Source: an uncultured Oligoflexales bacterium (GTDB lineage Bacteria > Bdellovibrionota_B > Oligoflexia > Oligoflexales > Oligoflexaceae). Taken from it: a stretch of 64,000 nucleotides of DNA. Each line of letters starts with the position of its first letter. The stretch's first letter is position 1. The stretch spans positions 2,382-66,381 of the forward strand of contig CAZOSN010000005.1 of NCBI GenBank assembly GCA_964582405.1. Direction: 5' to 3'. A model generated the notes under the pieces. It was not told where the DNA came from and searched no databases. It saw only the letters and a list, made by a program, of their open reading frames with translations. Below, in pieces: positions 26,179 through 34,546 of the stretch. The translations under genes were made by a program, and so were the position numbers.

Positions 26179-28248
26179 ATGACCACACATCATCTGCTGA
26201 TTGAAATCGGTGTCGAAGAACTCCCACCCAAGGGCCTTTCTGTGCTTGCAGAGAGTTTTAGCCAAGGGATCGTGGCGGGGCTCAAAACCGAATCCGTCCT
26301 AGGACCCGACTCACTGGTTAAAACTTTCGCGACCCCAAGGCGGCTTGCGGTATTAGTCAGTGACGTTCAACCGGTGCAAGGAACCAAATTGGTCGAGCGT
26401 CTTGGTCCCCCCGTTCGCACAGCCGTTGATTCCGATCATCAGCCTACAAAAGTAGGTCTTGGGTTTGCCAAATCCTGCGGCGTGGAATGGCGTGAAATTG
26501 GTACCAAAGACACACCCAAAGGGCCGGTGCTTTACTTCGCCAGCGAAAAACCTGGGCAACGCACGGTGGATCTTTTGCAGCCGATCGTGGTATCCGCGCT
26601 TAATAATCTGCCGATTCAAAAACGCATGCGCTGGGCCGACAAACTGGAGACTTTTGTCAGGCCCGTTCATTGGATTTTAGCCTTAATCGATCACGACGTG
26701 ATTCCCCTTGAGTTGTTTGATTTGAAAAGCGATCGCATGACCTATGGACATCGAGTTCATGCAGGTCATGGAATTGCGATCGAGCGAGCGACCGCCTACG
26801 AGGAAACTCTCGAAGCCTCAGGGTATGTGATTCCGTGCCTTGCGCGGCGCAAAGAAAAAATTCGGCGCATGGTCCAGGATTTGGTATCGGGTCCATCGCA
26901 GGTCGCGATTGATGAAGCGCTGCTCGAAGAGGTCGCAGGTCTTGTCGAGTGGCCTGTTGCGTATATTGGCAAATTTAACGAGGCATTTCTTAGCGTGCCC
27001 CAGGAATGCCTGATTTCTTCGATGCAGGAGCACCAAAAATATTTCCCGATCTTATCGCAATCCGGCGCCCTGGAGCCCCGTTTCGTGGTGGTGGCGAATC
27101 TGGAAAGCACCGATCCCTCGTTTATCGTTTCGGGTAACGAAAAGGTTATCACCCCACGCCTTGCCGATGCGGAATTCTTCTATAATTCAGACCGCAAAGT
27201 TGGGCTAACTGAATTTCGCGAGCGGCTCAAGCAGAGTGTATTCCAGGAGCAGTTAGGCACGATTTATGAAAAAACAAACCGCATCGCACAGCTTGCGGTT
27301 TTCTTAGCTCATCGGCTTGACGCTAATCCCAGGCTGTGCGAGCAGGCAGGTGAACTCTGCAAGGCGGACCTTGCCTCCTCTATGGTCTACGAGTTTCCGC
27401 ATCTGCAAGGCACCATGGGAACCTATTACGCCAAGCATGCAAAGCTAGCCGACGAACTAGCAAACGCTATGGCTGAGCACTATATGCCGCGTTTTTCTGG
27501 TGATCAGATTCCTAAGACCCGTGTTGGCCTGGCTGTGGCATTGGCTGACAAGGCCGATACTCTCATGGGACTCTTTGGAATCGATAAACCACCTACGGGC
27601 AGCAAAGATCCGTATTCGCTCAGGCGCCAGGCTCTTGGGATTGTGCGTATCCTGATCGAGGCAGGGATCGATCTTTCTTTGACAGAGCTATTTGATAAGG
27701 CGTTTCATCTCTACGGAGGCATTCTCAAGGATCGCAAGGCGATTCAGGCCGCCGTTGCCTTTGTCTTGGAGCGTATGCCTGCCAAATACAAAGATGATGG
27801 CCTCCCGCCAGATACGATCATGGCGGTTCAGGCTCTGCAAATTGACTCGCCGTTCGATGTTCACAAAAGGGTCATGGCTGTGTCGAGCTTCAGGAGCCTA
27901 CCCGAGGCAGAAAGTCTGGCATCAGCAAACAAACGGGTCAAAAACATGCTCAAAGACTATCGCGATCAATTGCACGAGTCGTTCAGAGGTGAAGGTCGTG
28001 AGCCAGCAGAGTTGGCGCTCGCGCAGGCTTTGACTCAATGCGAAGGTCTTGTGAGCCCTCTGCTTGCCAAGAACGACTATACCGGTTCGCTCCTGACTCT
28101 GGCGAAACTTAAGGCACCGGTCGATCAATTTTTCGATCAGGTCAAGGTTGTCGTGGATGACAAGGAAACTAGGCTTTATCGTTTGGGGCTTTTGCATCGG
28201 TTGAATCAGCTCTTCCTCAAAGTGGCTGACATTTCGCAGTTGCAGTAG
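26179..28248 (+). CDS. glyS: glycine--tRNA ligase beta subunit
   Basis: 689 aa, starting 17 nt after the glyQ stop. Matching segments are LLIEIGVEELPPK, FATPRRLAV, HQKYFP and GSKDPYSLRRQALGIVRIL. Confidence 0.95.
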   Translation: MTTHHLLIEIGVEELPPKGLSVLAESFSQGIVAGLKTESVLGPDSLVKTFATPRRLAVLVSDVQPVQGTKLVERLGPPVRTAVDSDHQPTKVGLGFAKSCGVEWREIGTKDTPKGPVLYFASEKPGQRTVDLLQPIVVSALNNLPIQKRMRWADKLETFVRPVHWILALIDHDVIPLELFDLKSDRMTYGHRVHAGHGIAIERATAYEETLEASGYVIPCLARRKEKIRRMVQDLVSGPSQVAIDEALLEEVAGLVEWPVAYIGKFNEAFLSVPQECLISSMQEHQKYFPILSQSGALEPRFVVVANLESTDPSFIVSGNEKVITPRLADAEFFYNSDRKVGLTEFRERLKQSVFQEQLGTIYEKTNRIAQLAVFLAHRLDANPRLCEQAGELCKADLASSMVYEFPHLQGTMGTYYAKHAKLADELANAMAEHYMPRFSGDQIPKTRVGLAVALADKADTLMGLFGIDKPPTGSKDPYSLRRQALGIVRILIEAGIDLSLTELFDKAFHLYGGILKDRKAIQAAVAFVLERMPAKYKDDGLPPDTIMAVQALQIDSPFDVHKRVMAVSSFRSLPEAESLASANKRVKNMLKDYRDQLHESFRGEGREPAELALAQALTQCEGLVSPLLAKNDYTGSLLTLAKLKAPVDQFFDQVKVVVDDKETRLYRLGLLHRLNQLFLKVADISQLQ

Positions 28249-28254
28249 GCCGCC

Positions 28255-29019
28255 ATGGGCGATCGGAATTTTGATAGTTTGTTTGAGCGATTCAAACGCA
28301 ATATCAAAGGCTCACCCAAAGGCCAGTTGCGTGAGATATTTCTCCGTGAAGACCTGATGAATCTTGTCCCCGAGGTTTCGACGAAGAAGCTTCGGGTCCT
28401 TGATCTAGGCTGCGGTCTTGGCGATATGTCGCTGTGGTTGTCAGATCTTGGTCACACAGTTGTTTCCTGTGACCTTTCAGAGAAGATGGTAAAACACACT
28501 CGCGAACTCCTAGAGCTGAATGGGCATAAAATCAATTGTGTTCGGCACGAATCGGCGCAAACCGCCTTGGCTCGCGGGGAGGTCTTTGATCTAATCGTCT
28601 GTCATGCGGTTTTGGAGTGGTTAGAGGCTCCTTATGATATCATCCCAGATCTTAGAGCCTGCCTTGCCCAAGGTGGAAAAATCTCCCTTAGTTTTTTTAA
28701 TCGTCACCGGGCCGTCTTCAATTGCCTAGCCAAAGGTAATTTTCAAAAGATTCTCAATGACGATTTTGGTTCGGTTAATCCTGGATCTCTTTCGCCACCG
28801 TCGCCTGTTGATCCGGATATTCTTGCGACAAAGCTTGAGGAACTAGGATTTAGGATTGAACTCAGAAGCGGACTCCGCTGCTTCTTTGATTACCTCTCGC
28901 CGCTTGCGACCTCCGAATATTCATTTGACGAGGTTATTCTTTTGGAGCGTCGGTACCGACATGTGCCGCCGTTCCGTGATATCGCCCGGTATGTTCATTT
29001 TGTAATTTCTCTCGGTTGA
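28255..29019 (+). CDS. class I SAM-dependent methyltransferase (CmoM/SmtA-like by recollection)
   Basis: Motif I VLDLGCGLGDMS, and LIVCHAVLEWLEAP. The N-terminal DRNFDSLFERFKRNIKGSPKGQLR resembles E. coli CmoM as I recall it. The specific assignment is not verified. Confidence 0.6.
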   Translation: MGDRNFDSLFERFKRNIKGSPKGQLREIFLREDLMNLVPEVSTKKLRVLDLGCGLGDMSLWLSDLGHTVVSCDLSEKMVKHTRELLELNGHKINCVRHESAQTALARGEVFDLIVCHAVLEWLEAPYDIIPDLRACLAQGGKISLSFFNRHRAVFNCLAKGNFQKILNDDFGSVNPGSLSPPSPVDPDILATKLEELGFRIELRSGLRCFFDYLSPLATSEYSFDEVILLERRYRHVPPFRDIARYVHFVISLG

Positions 29020-29067
29020 AGCACTGTAGACAACAATCCCAAATTATAGAATTCGCTAGGAGTCAAG

Positions 29068-29832
29068 CTATGCTGCGGGAGGTGCCTCGGGCTCAGCTTC
29101 AGTCTCGGCTTTGGGTTCGGTGCTTGGCTGAGGTTCAAGATTTGGTTTGGGCTCAAGATTTGGTTCGAGCTCGACCCCTTCTTCGTTAAAGTGCTTGGCG
29201 AAACATGCCTCGACTTCCATCTTGGTGAAAAAATCCGTGTGACAGTACGTGCACTGGTATTTGGCGGCGTTTCGGATGAAAATCTTGGGAAAGTCGGCCT
29301 TGGTGCGAGCCTTACGGTCATCGATCACCCCTTTCCCTATCCAATCGGGTTGACTCTCCTCGACCGCAGGGCTGGCCTCGGCTTCAGTCTTTTCGGTTTT
29401 CTTCGCAAAATGATACTTCGGTATCAAATCTAGTTTGACCTGCTGCTTGACGCGCGGCACGATTGGCGGTCTTTCCACATAGTATTCGCTGACCGGGATC
29501 TGAAACGCCTTCATGTCGGCATAATGCTTGTTCTTGCGAAGGTCCAGGCATTCTTCGGCGCACTCAAGAGCGAGAGGCTCGTCTTTGTGCACGCGCGAGC
29601 AGAATATGCATTTGTAGCGAACCTTGGAACGATCGTATACCGGTAGGACATGCTCCCCGTGTAGGATTTTGGTCCAGCACGAGTCAAGGCATTCCAATGC
29701 CTCGTCTTCGTTGTCGTGCTTGTTGCGGCATATCCCGCACCAAAAAAAGCTGCTATGCCGAATGATTTTACGAATCACGGGAACGCGCGCGTTTTTTCTT
29801 CTCGTTGGTCGGGTTAGGTAACCAAGCCCCAT
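29068..29832 (-). CDS. protein with three zinc-ribbon-like repeats and an acidic Pro/Glu-rich tail
   Basis: Three repeats share one spacing: CGIC-x12-CLDSC, CIFC-x12-CAEEC and CTYC-x12-CFAKH. C-terminal low-complexity tail ELEPNLEPKPNLEPQPSTEPKAETEAEPEAPPAA. Confidence 0.65.
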   Translation of the reverse strand: MGLGYLTRPTRRKNARVPVIRKIIRHSSFFWCGICRNKHDNEDEALECLDSCWTKILHGEHVLPVYDRSKVRYKCIFCSRVHKDEPLALECAEECLDLRKNKHYADMKAFQIPVSEYYVERPPIVPRVKQQVKLDLIPKYHFAKKTEKTEAEASPAVEESQPDWIGKGVIDDRKARTKADFPKIFIRNAAKYQCTYCHTDFFTKMEVEACFAKHFNEEGVELEPNLEPKPNLEPQPSTEPKAETEAEPEAPPAA

Positions 29833-30096
29833 GGCCTCCTCCTGAAAAACCTATCGACTCAAGAACGAGCGATCTTTAAACAAAATATAAATAAAATTAT
29901 TTTATTTAGTTAAATCATAGGCTTGTGGGAGGGGTGCCGGTCTAACAGGCTGATAAAAATTAAATACAATGCTTTTATGCAGTGCTGGCGCAGGAATCCG
30001 GTGCGTTTAGCCAAAAATTAAGCTAAGGTAGCCCGCATATTTTTTCCGATGAAGATGATTTACCCAACGAAATAATCAAGGAAAGAGGAATAATTC

Positions 30097-32289
30097 ATGC
30101 CAACCCGAAGTTCAAGGCGTCAGGCAAAGTCTATTGCCATAAGCCGCGGAGTTAAGTTTTTCGAACTACCATCTCATGCAGATGGCACCCCGCTGAGGGT
30201 CAGCGAGTACTTTGGTGAGAATGTGTTCGATATCGCAAAGGCTCTCGATATTCCCGAGCATGTCCGCCGCGAGCTCATGCGCATTTCGAAATCGCGCGAA
30301 CCGATCACCAAGGAGCAGGCTGAAATTGTCGCCAACGCGGTGACTCGATGGGCGACACATCGCGGCTGCACTCATTTTTGCCATTGGTTTCAGCCATTGA
30401 CGGGTGGCACGGCCGAGAAGCATGATGCATTCCTCTCTTTTGATCATGGCAAACCAATTGAAAAATTGAGTTCATCGCAACTCTTGCAGGGCGAACCGGA
30501 TGCATCGTCTTTTCCGCACGGTGGATCGCGTAGCACATTCGAAGCGCGTGGGTATACATCCTGGGATTTGACCTCGCCGATGTTTATTGCCGAAGGACCA
30601 AATGGCAACACACTGTGCATTCCGACAGGTTTTGTGTCGTACACTGGTGAAGCGCTTGATGTCAAAACACCATTGCTTCGCAGCGTAAGCTACCTTTCAA
30701 AGCAAGCAACCAGATTTCTCAATTTGGTGAATGGCAATAAGGTCTCCGAGGTTAAGGTTACGGTTGGCTGCGAACAAGAATATTTTCTTATCGATCGCGA
30801 ATTTTACTACAATCGCCCCGATCTTGTGATGACTGGGCGGACTTTGCTTGGTTCGGGGTCAGCAAAAAACCAACAGCTCGAGGATCATTACTTTGGAACC
30901 ATCCCCGATCGCGTTATTAGCTTTATGCAGGAACTTGACACAGAGCTTTATAAGCTTGGGATCCCTGCAAAGACCCGGCACAACGAGGTTGCCCCGAGTC
31001 AGTACGAGATCGCACCGATTTTTGGAGAGGCCAACGTTGCGGCCGACCAAAATCAGATGCTCATGGCGACTCTAAAAAGGGTGGCTACAAAACACAATTT
31101 CGAAGCGATTTTGCACGAGAAGCCCTTTAGCGGCATTAACGGCAGCGGCAAGCATGTGAACTGGTCGATGTCAGATGATCATGGCAGAAATCTCCTTGAG
31201 CCAGGTGATAGCCCGGAAAAGAACCTTCAGTTTGTGGCCGTGCTATCCATGGTACTTGAGGCTGTTTTTCGTCACAGCGAAGCACTGCGCATGAGTATCG
31301 CTTCGGCATCGAACGATCACAGACTCGGCGCGAACGAAGCGCCACCGGCAATAATGTCGGTTTTCCTGGGTCATACCTTGGATCAGATCGTAACTCAGAT
31401 TCGGGATGGCAAAACTCCAACCTTGGGTCATACCGAGCCGTTCCTTGAGGTAGGTACCGAGCAGCTTGCTCAATTGCTTAAGGACAATACCGACCGAAAT
31501 CGCACTTCGCCTTTTGCCTTTACCGGCAATAAGTTCGAATTCCGGGCGGTCGGTTCAAGCATGGCCGTAGGGTTTCCGATTGGGGTGTTGAATGCAGCCG
31601 TGGCTGATGTGTTCAAAGATTCCGCTGACTATCTCGAAGAATTGCTAGCAAAAGGAAAATCCATCGACGAAGGGTTGAGGCTTGTTGCTCAAAAATGGAT
31701 CGCGCATGCTCAGAACGTTATTTTTAACGGTGATGGCTATTCGAAAGAATGGGAAAAAGAAGCCGCGCGGCGAGGGCTGCCCAATTTTAAATCGACCCCC
31801 GAGGCGCTCAAGGTCTATCTGAACAGCGGAAAAACTGCATTTTTGACCGAATCAAACATATTCCGTCAGAGCGAACTCGCGATGAGATTCAATGCTGCCT
31901 GTGAGCGATATATCACCCTGCGTGAGATCGAATTCCGTACGCTTATCAGTTTGGTTAACCAAACGGTGATCCCAGCGGCACTTGCCTACAAACAAGATCT
32001 TGCTAGATCGATTAAGAACCAAAAAGACCTAAACATCGACTGCAAGGTTGATGTTGCATTGCTCAAGAAATCTAATGAGCTGATCAATGAGGCTTTCGAG
32101 CTGGTTTCATCCCTCTCAGATGAGCTGCACGGGGAAAGGCTTGATCATGACAAGCACGCAACTCATATTGCGGAACATTTGCTACCGATAAGCGTCAAGC
32201 TATCAGACATCTGCGCCGCAATTGAGGAGATTGTACCGAATCATCTGTGGCCACTTCCGAAAGCCCGCGAAATGCTGTTCTTGCGCTAA
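30097..32289 (+). CDS. glnN: glutamine synthetase type III
   Basis: 730 aa, the length class of GSIII. N-terminal YFGENVFD, catalytic-region segments HNEVAPSQYEIAP and SGINGSGKHVNWS, and the long C-terminal extension typical of GSIII. Confidence 0.85.
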   Translation: MPTRSSRRQAKSIAISRGVKFFELPSHADGTPLRVSEYFGENVFDIAKALDIPEHVRRELMRISKSREPITKEQAEIVANAVTRWATHRGCTHFCHWFQPLTGGTAEKHDAFLSFDHGKPIEKLSSSQLLQGEPDASSFPHGGSRSTFEARGYTSWDLTSPMFIAEGPNGNTLCIPTGFVSYTGEALDVKTPLLRSVSYLSKQATRFLNLVNGNKVSEVKVTVGCEQEYFLIDREFYYNRPDLVMTGRTLLGSGSAKNQQLEDHYFGTIPDRVISFMQELDTELYKLGIPAKTRHNEVAPSQYEIAPIFGEANVAADQNQMLMATLKRVATKHNFEAILHEKPFSGINGSGKHVNWSMSDDHGRNLLEPGDSPEKNLQFVAVLSMVLEAVFRHSEALRMSIASASNDHRLGANEAPPAIMSVFLGHTLDQIVTQIRDGKTPTLGHTEPFLEVGTEQLAQLLKDNTDRNRTSPFAFTGNKFEFRAVGSSMAVGFPIGVLNAAVADVFKDSADYLEELLAKGKSIDEGLRLVAQKWIAHAQNVIFNGDGYSKEWEKEAARRGLPNFKSTPEALKVYLNSGKTAFLTESNIFRQSELAMRFNAACERYITLREIEFRTLISLVNQTVIPAALAYKQDLARSIKNQKDLNIDCKVDVALLKKSNELINEAFELVSSLSDELHGERLDHDKHATHIAEHLLPISVKLSDICAAIEEIVPNHLWPLPKAREMLFLR

Positions 32290-32427
32290 ATAGTCCCTGG
32301 CGCGAAAGCGCCAGGGACGTATCCTGACGACCGCAGGGAGGAGGGATCTCCTTCGGGTTACCCTCCAAGTCGCTCCGATACGACTTTGGCGCTTTCGCGC
32401 CAAAGTCTAAATAGCTCTTGCGCTAAA
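32279..32427. repeat. REP/BIME-like pair of inverted hairpins flanked by 12-bp direct repeats
   Basis: TCTTGCGCTAAA occurs at 32279..32290, where it includes the glnN stop codon, and again at 32416..32427. Between the two copies lie hairpin 1, GTCCCTGGCGC-GAAA-GCGCCAGGGAC (32293..32318), and hairpin 2, GACTTTGGCGC-TTTC-GCGCCAAAGTC (32382..32407). Hairpin 2 is the inverted counterpart of hairpin 1, and every difference is stem-preserving. Confidence 0.7.
32293..32318 (+). terminator. 11-bp stem, GAAA-loop hairpin 3 nt after the glnN stop
   Basis: Read directly. No U-tract follows, so intrinsic-terminator function is uncertain. Confidence 0.4.
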
Positions 32428-32435
32428 CGGCGGCC

Positions 32436-32464
32436 GTGCGAGGTGACTTGCTTTCACCTCGCGC
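32436..32464 (-). terminator. hairpin downstream of hsp20 (core stem GCGAGGTGA/TCACCTCGC)
   Basis: Lies about 31 nt beyond the hsp20 stop at 32495 on the minus strand. Only a weak T-run follows. Confidence 0.4.
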
Positions 32465-32494
32465 GGCTTGCTCGATTGAGTGCGAATGTCGCGG

Positions 32495-32908
32495 TTAGGA
32501 TCCCAACGTAATCCTGCGCGGTTTGATCTCAGGTTTCTTTTCAACAACAACTTGCAAAACACCATTGTCGTAGCGCGCATTTACTTTGTCGCCATTTGCG
32601 CCATCTGGCAGCTGAAAGCTCCGCCGAAATTTGCCGAAACCTCTTTCAACCAAATGAAAACCTTGCTCTTGACGATCAGATTCTGTTTTTCGCTCGCCTG
32701 AAATCGTCAGATTTTTGCCGTTGATCTCAACCTCAATGTCCTTCTCATTCATACCTGGAAGATCGACTCGAAAATGAAATCCTTCCTGATCTTCGCGGAT
32801 ATCCACGTAGGGAATAAAACCTTGATTGCGGACAGAGAGCTTATCAACATCTGAAAATAATTGATTAAATAGGTTGGATTGTCTGGTCCAAAGTTCTAAT
32901 GCTGACAT
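32495..32908 (-). CDS. small heat-shock protein, Hsp20/alpha-crystallin family
   Basis: Preferred ATG at 32908 (MSALELW...) with AAGGAGA upstream. Alpha-crystallin core FHFRVDLPGMNEKDIEVEINGKNLTISGERK...FGKFRRSFQLPDGANGDKVNARYDNGVLQVVV. Confidence 0.85.
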   Translation of the reverse strand: MSALELWTRQSNLFNQLFSDVDKLSVRNQGFIPYVDIREDQEGFHFRVDLPGMNEKDIEVEINGKNLTISGERKTESDRQEQGFHLVERGFGKFRRSFQLPDGANGDKVNARYDNGVLQVVVEKKPEIKPRRITLGS

Positions 32909-32966
32909 ACCAATTCTCCTTTTACCAATCTCTGTGAGTGGGACCCGATGTCCCTTGCACACTCCA

Positions 32967-32996
32967 AAGGTGGGAATCAAAAGAACGGCTGTCAAG
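32967..32996 (-). promoter_or_regulatory. possible sigma-32-type heat-shock promoter for hsp20
   Basis: The minus strand reads CTTGAC-N16-CCCACCTT, compared with the consensus CTTGAA-N13-17-CCCCATnT. It lies about 59 nt upstream of the ATG at 32908. Confidence 0.35.
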
Positions 32997-32998
32997 AA

Positions 32999-33027
32999 TC
33001 CCGGATCGCTTTTTTTTGGATCCGGGA
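32999..33027 (-). terminator. 9-bp perfect hairpin TCCCGGATC/GATCCGGGA downstream of the LRR-lipoprotein operon
   Basis: Read directly. Lies 66 nt beyond the stop at 33093 on the minus strand. The A/T run is in the loop, and a short UUCUU follows the stem. Confidence 0.4.
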
Positions 33028-33092
33028 CTAAGTTTCTATAAGTTATTGTAATTACTAAGTAATTTATTTAAAAAGTCCGAGGGACTCGAAAT

Positions 33093-34538
33093 TTACAACC
33101 TAACGGGGTAGCAGGCCGTATCCATGTCGTTTTCGGAGCGAACGGTGTCTGTTACTTGCGGAATTGAAACTGTTGATAGTGGTATCCTTTGCTGCGGGGT
33201 GAACAGCCTGTTGTTGCGGATTGACAAAACCTTAAGCGAGGTCAGTTTTTCCAGACCCGTGATCCAGCAAATTCCCGCATCGTCAAAAACGAGTGTTTCC
33301 AATTTGGACAAAGCAGGTATTGCAGACAGGAAAGTTAGGGACTGGATTTTTGTTCTGCTAGCGGTGAGCGATTTCAAACTGGGAAACATAATGATGCCAA
33401 CAAGACTGGTGATTGGTATGCCGCTGATATTCAAAGTCGTGACGGTGGGGACGCTGCCTATTTTTAGCAGATTGCTCAGACCAGCATTGTCTGCGATATT
33501 GAGATCCTTGAGCAAAGGCAGCATGCTGAGTCCAGACAGTTCTGTGATTTGATTGGACGATAGATCCAGCGTCTGAAGAAATAACAACTTGCTCAATTGC
33601 GTGGCGCGGGTAATTTTATTGTCAGTTAGGATTAGTGATTTTAGTTTTGTGAGATCTGAGATCGGTCCGATATCTTCGATCCGATTCCCTGTCAAATTAA
33701 GAGACTCCAGGCTGTAAAGATAGGATAAGAAACTGATATCATCCACGCCGCTCTTCAATAGATCCAGTGCTTTGAGACCGGTAGCTTCAGCGATAGCGGA
33801 GTAATCGATTTTCGGAGTATTGCTCAGGTTAAGCCTTGTTAGATTTGACAGATTGGTAATAGGAGCAAGATCACGTATTTCTTGGTTGTTCAAAATCGTG
33901 ACGGTGGTAAGGTTGGTCAAATAAGAAGCAAACGCCAGATCTGAGATCGCACTATCAATGAGCGTGAGCGTCAACACATTTGGGAGTGCTCCTATCACCG
34001 ATAAGTCTGAGACTTGCGCCGAAACAGGGATCGCCAATCGGCTTGATGTAATTGGGATTGAATTAACGATTTCGACGGAGTCGATTCTGTAGAGTTTTTC
34101 CTGTGCAGCACTGCAGTTGGCTGTGCCCAAAATCCCCAGCACGACGCGCACGGTTTTTTGCCGTTCGGGATTTAGTTCCGATCGCTTTTCACAATTCTGC
34201 GAGAATAGAGGGTAGACGGTGTCATTTTTTGGCGACGGCTGGTTTGCGTTTCCGGTCGCCAGGGTATCCGGATGACCGGGAGGAGCGGGTTCTGGTGGAG
34301 CTTCCGGTGTTTTTTGGGAGGGATTGTCAGTGAATCCCTCCGATTCAACGGTCTTAATGACTGGACGAGGAGCCACTGGTGTTGGAGTGGGCAGAACTTC
34401 AGGTTCTGCCGGAGGCTGATTTTCATGACCATCGCTCGCCAGAATCTCGCGCTGGTTGATGTCCCCGCAGGCCACTATATACGATGATAATGTTACCGCG
34501 TAGACTGCGATACTTAAGAGTACATCTTGTTTTTTCAT
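33093..34538 (-). CDS. leucine-rich-repeat (internalin-like) lipoprotein
   Basis: ATG at 34538 with GAGGTGG upstream, 9 nt after the upstream stop. Lipobox LSSYIVAC, a Pro-rich linker, then at least 10 LRR units of about 22 aa, for example LTRLNLSNTPKIDYSAI, LESLNLTGNRIEDIGPISDLTKLKSLILTDNKI and LQTLDLSSNQITELSGLSMLPLLKDLNIADN. Confidence 0.8.
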   Translation of the reverse strand: MKKQDVLLSIAVYAVTLSSYIVACGDINQREILASDGHENQPPAEPEVLPTPTPVAPRPVIKTVESEGFTDNPSQKTPEAPPEPAPPGHPDTLATGNANQPSPKNDTVYPLFSQNCEKRSELNPERQKTVRVVLGILGTANCSAAQEKLYRIDSVEIVNSIPITSSRLAIPVSAQVSDLSVIGALPNVLTLTLIDSAISDLAFASYLTNLTTVTILNNQEIRDLAPITNLSNLTRLNLSNTPKIDYSAIAEATGLKALDLLKSGVDDISFLSYLYSLESLNLTGNRIEDIGPISDLTKLKSLILTDNKITRATQLSKLLFLQTLDLSSNQITELSGLSMLPLLKDLNIADNAGLSNLLKIGSVPTVTTLNISGIPITSLVGIIMFPSLKSLTASRTKIQSLTFLSAIPALSKLETLVFDDAGICWITGLEKLTSLKVLSIRNNRLFTPQQRIPLSTVSIPQVTDTVRSENDMDTACYPVRL

Positions 34539-34546
34539 AAACCACC

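Noticed and set aside
29940-30010. Possible sigma-54 or NtrC-type promoter upstream of glnN (CTGGCGCAGGAATCC)
   Set aside because: There is no acceptable TGGCAC-N5-TTGC arrangement because the -12 TTGC element is missing. I could not support it.
30041-30054. TTTTTCCGATGAAG, which resembles the core of the palindromic-element arm
   Set aside because: It is only about 14 nt long, needs a gap, and has no flanking similarity. It is probably chance.
32909-32995. TTG-initiated 29-aa extension of hsp20
   Set aside because: The extension overlaps the putative sigma-32-like promoter. The ATG at 32908 has an AAGGAGA RBS and gives a typical Hsp20 length.
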